Source of the DNA: an uncultured Candidatus Actinomarina sp.
GTDB taxonomy: Bacteria; Actinomycetota; Acidimicrobiia; Actinomarinales; Actinomarinaceae
Direction of reading: 5' to 3'
Assembly: GCA_902622665.1 (NCBI GenBank)
Contig: CACNQV010000001.1
Coordinates: 51,666-115,665, forward strand
Length of the DNA stretch: 64,000 bases
Below, one piece after another: positions 62,789 through 64,000 of the stretch (position 1 is the stretch's first letter; each line of letters starts with the position of its first letter). A program made the position numbers and the translations under genes. The notes beneath the pieces were generated by a model. That model made no database searches. It had not been told where the DNA came from and saw only the letters and a list, made by a program, of their open reading frames with translations.

Positions 62789-63753
62789 TTTTTTAAAGTC
62801 TTGTAGAGCGTCTCTTTCCATTCGTTATTGTCAATTTCCCAAATAACATTGATATTTTTTGTTGTATGCGACCAGTACTCATCTATATGAGGGTCGCTTT
62901 CACCAACATTTAGCTCATCTACAATTGTCATACCTCTAGCTGGTCCATCCACTACAATTTTTACATGATGTCGATCTTGCTTTAACACAACATCATCATT
63001 TAGAGCTACTGCCATGGCTACTGGGTCTGGTAATCCTAATCCTGGATCACCCAACCAATTCTGGCTTGAATCGAGTGCATGTTTGTTACAATCTATTGTG
63101 AAGTCTCCTTTTTTTGTCTCAAAACTATAAACAAATTCCATTTCATCTTCAGTTAAATTTGCACCTCCTCGACAAAGCTCCCAACCAACTATTGTTATAT
63201 CAGGGTGTCCAGACTCAAATACAATGTCAGCAGCTTCAGGGTCACACCAAATATTGTATTCAGCCGCAGGTGTGACATTCCCAACTGTTGTGGCCGCTCC
63301 ACCCATAATGACTATGTTTTTAATCTTATTGAAGGATTCTGGATACTTTTTTACAAAATAGCCAATATTAGTTAACGGCCCAAGAGTTACAAGGGTTATC
63401 TCATTCGGATACTGTTCGACTAAAGATTGTAAAACTTCCATGTAATCAGAATCGTCTTCATTAAGTTTAGGAGCTGGATAGTTCATATTTCCCATACCAT
63501 CCGGTCCATGAAACCAGTCTGCGTGTTCTCTTTTTTTCACCATTGGTTTGTCACTCCCAACATATACTGGTACGTTTTTTTCACAGAGCTCAATCGTGTA
63601 CCTAGCATTAATACTTCCTTGTTCAACCGGCATGTTTCCGGAAACTATGCTCACTCCTATTACCTCTACATCTGGATATTCAAGAGCCATCAATAATGCA
63701 ACAGCATCATCTGATGCGGTATCTGTATCAATAAAAAATTTTCGTTTTGTCAT
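62785..63753 (-). CDS. nucleoside hydrolase (IUNH family)
   Basis: FFIDTDTASDDAVAL (DxDxxxDD Ca-binding motif), LVTLGPLTNI, and NVTPAAEYNIWCDPEAA. Confidence 0.85.
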   Translation of the reverse strand: MTKRKFFIDTDTASDDAVALLMALEYPDVEVIGVSIVSGNMPVEQGSINARYTIELCEKNVPVYVGSDKPMVKKREHADWFHGPDGMGNMNYPAPKLNEDDSDYMEVLQSLVEQYPNEITLVTLGPLTNIGYFVKKYPESFNKIKNIVIMGGAATTVGNVTPAAEYNIWCDPEAADIVFESGHPDITIVGWELCRGGANLTEDEMEFVYSFETKKGDFTIDCNKHALDSSQNWLGDPGLGLPDPVAMAVALNDDVVLKQDRHHVKIVVDGPARGMTIVDELNVGESDPHIDEYWSHTTKNINVIWEIDNNEWKETLYKTLKN

Positions 63754-63774
63754 AGAACTAGAGTATCAAATATT

Positions 63775-63999
63775 TTATAAACTATCACAATGCTTTCGTA
63801 ATACATTTTTTGGGTAACTGTCGCTAACCACAAAATCTGGATCGGGGTTTAAAGTGTTTTGCGACTTATCTGACATTAATTGCAGATATTCTTCTGAATC
63901 TCTCCAGTTTTTAATGCTGTATTGTTGATTTTCTTCCCACCAGTCAACTTCTTCTTGAATTGTCCACTGGTTATCTATGGATATCAGGTGATTTTCTAA
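63775..63999 (-). CDS. hypothetical protein, 3' part only (starts beyond window end)
   Basis: Not in the ORF track. The minus-strand frame is open from the window end to the TAA at 63775-63777. It translates as ...LENHLISIDNQWTIQEEVDWWEENQQYSIKNWRDSEEYLQLMSDKSQNTLNPDPDFVVSDSYPKNVLRKHCDSL. Confidence 0.4.
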   Translation of the reverse strand, partial: LENHLISIDNQWTIQEEVDWWEENQQYSIKNWRDSEEYLQLMSDKSQNTLNPDPDFVVSDSYPKNVLRKHCDSL

Positions 64000-64000
64000 T

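Noticed and set aside
1-64000. Mobile elements, prophage, CRISPR arrays and defence systems.
   Set aside because: No integrase, transposase, recombinase, Cas, restriction-modification or toxin-antitoxin-like ORFs were recognised. There is no array of regularly spaced repeats and no att-like duplication of tRNA 3' ends. The island looks like a replacement-type glycan locus rather than an integrated element.

Overview
Very AT-rich, tightly packed bacterial chromosome segment. WhiB-family, type II glutamine synthetase (glnII) and rpsF-ssb-rpsR-rplI-dnaB synteny point to a streamlined low-GC actinobacterium, possibly a marine Actinomarinales-like lineage; this is inference only. Positions 1 to about 35.1 kb form one large cell-envelope glycan biosynthesis island. 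It holds about 12 recognisable glycosyltransferases (GT2, GT4, GT8, GT26), about 5 methyltransferase-fold ORFs, and GDP-fucose and 4-amino-6-deoxyhexose precursor genes. It also holds a polyprenyl-phosphate sugar-phosphate transferase, four very large multi-pass membrane proteins (Wzy/O-antigen-ligase-like or GT-C-like), and a run of ORFs with no recognisable family. Four tRNA genes (Phe, Asp, Lys, Arg) are embedded in it. Positions 35.1-64 kb are core genome: argS, Fe-S carrier genes, glnII with a divergent atypical OmpR-type regulator, and an mrp-selA-selB operon for selenocysteine incorporation. They also include whiB, NfeD, a CheY-like receiver plus CNNM/CorC, and a mannitol PTS split into separate EIIC/EIIB/EIIA genes with mtlD and ptsH. 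A ptsI operon also carries an IspD-like cytidylyltransferase, a SAF-domain dehydrogenase and yjbQ. The remainder is dnaB, the ribosomal protein cluster, panB, a YhhQ-type transporter, a lipoprotein MsrA and a nucleoside hydrolase. I saw no CRISPR array, integrase, transposase, prophage or rRNA. The most interesting points are listed here. (1) selA/selB sit in an operon with mrp, with no selC, selD or selenoprotein visible. (2) The ptsI/IspD-like/SAF-dehydrogenase operon lies beside the mannitol PTS. (3) glnII is paired with a regulator that has a degenerate receiver. (4) The island contains a block of unassignable ORFs. All functional calls come from reading motifs by eye in the supplied translations; no database search was run.
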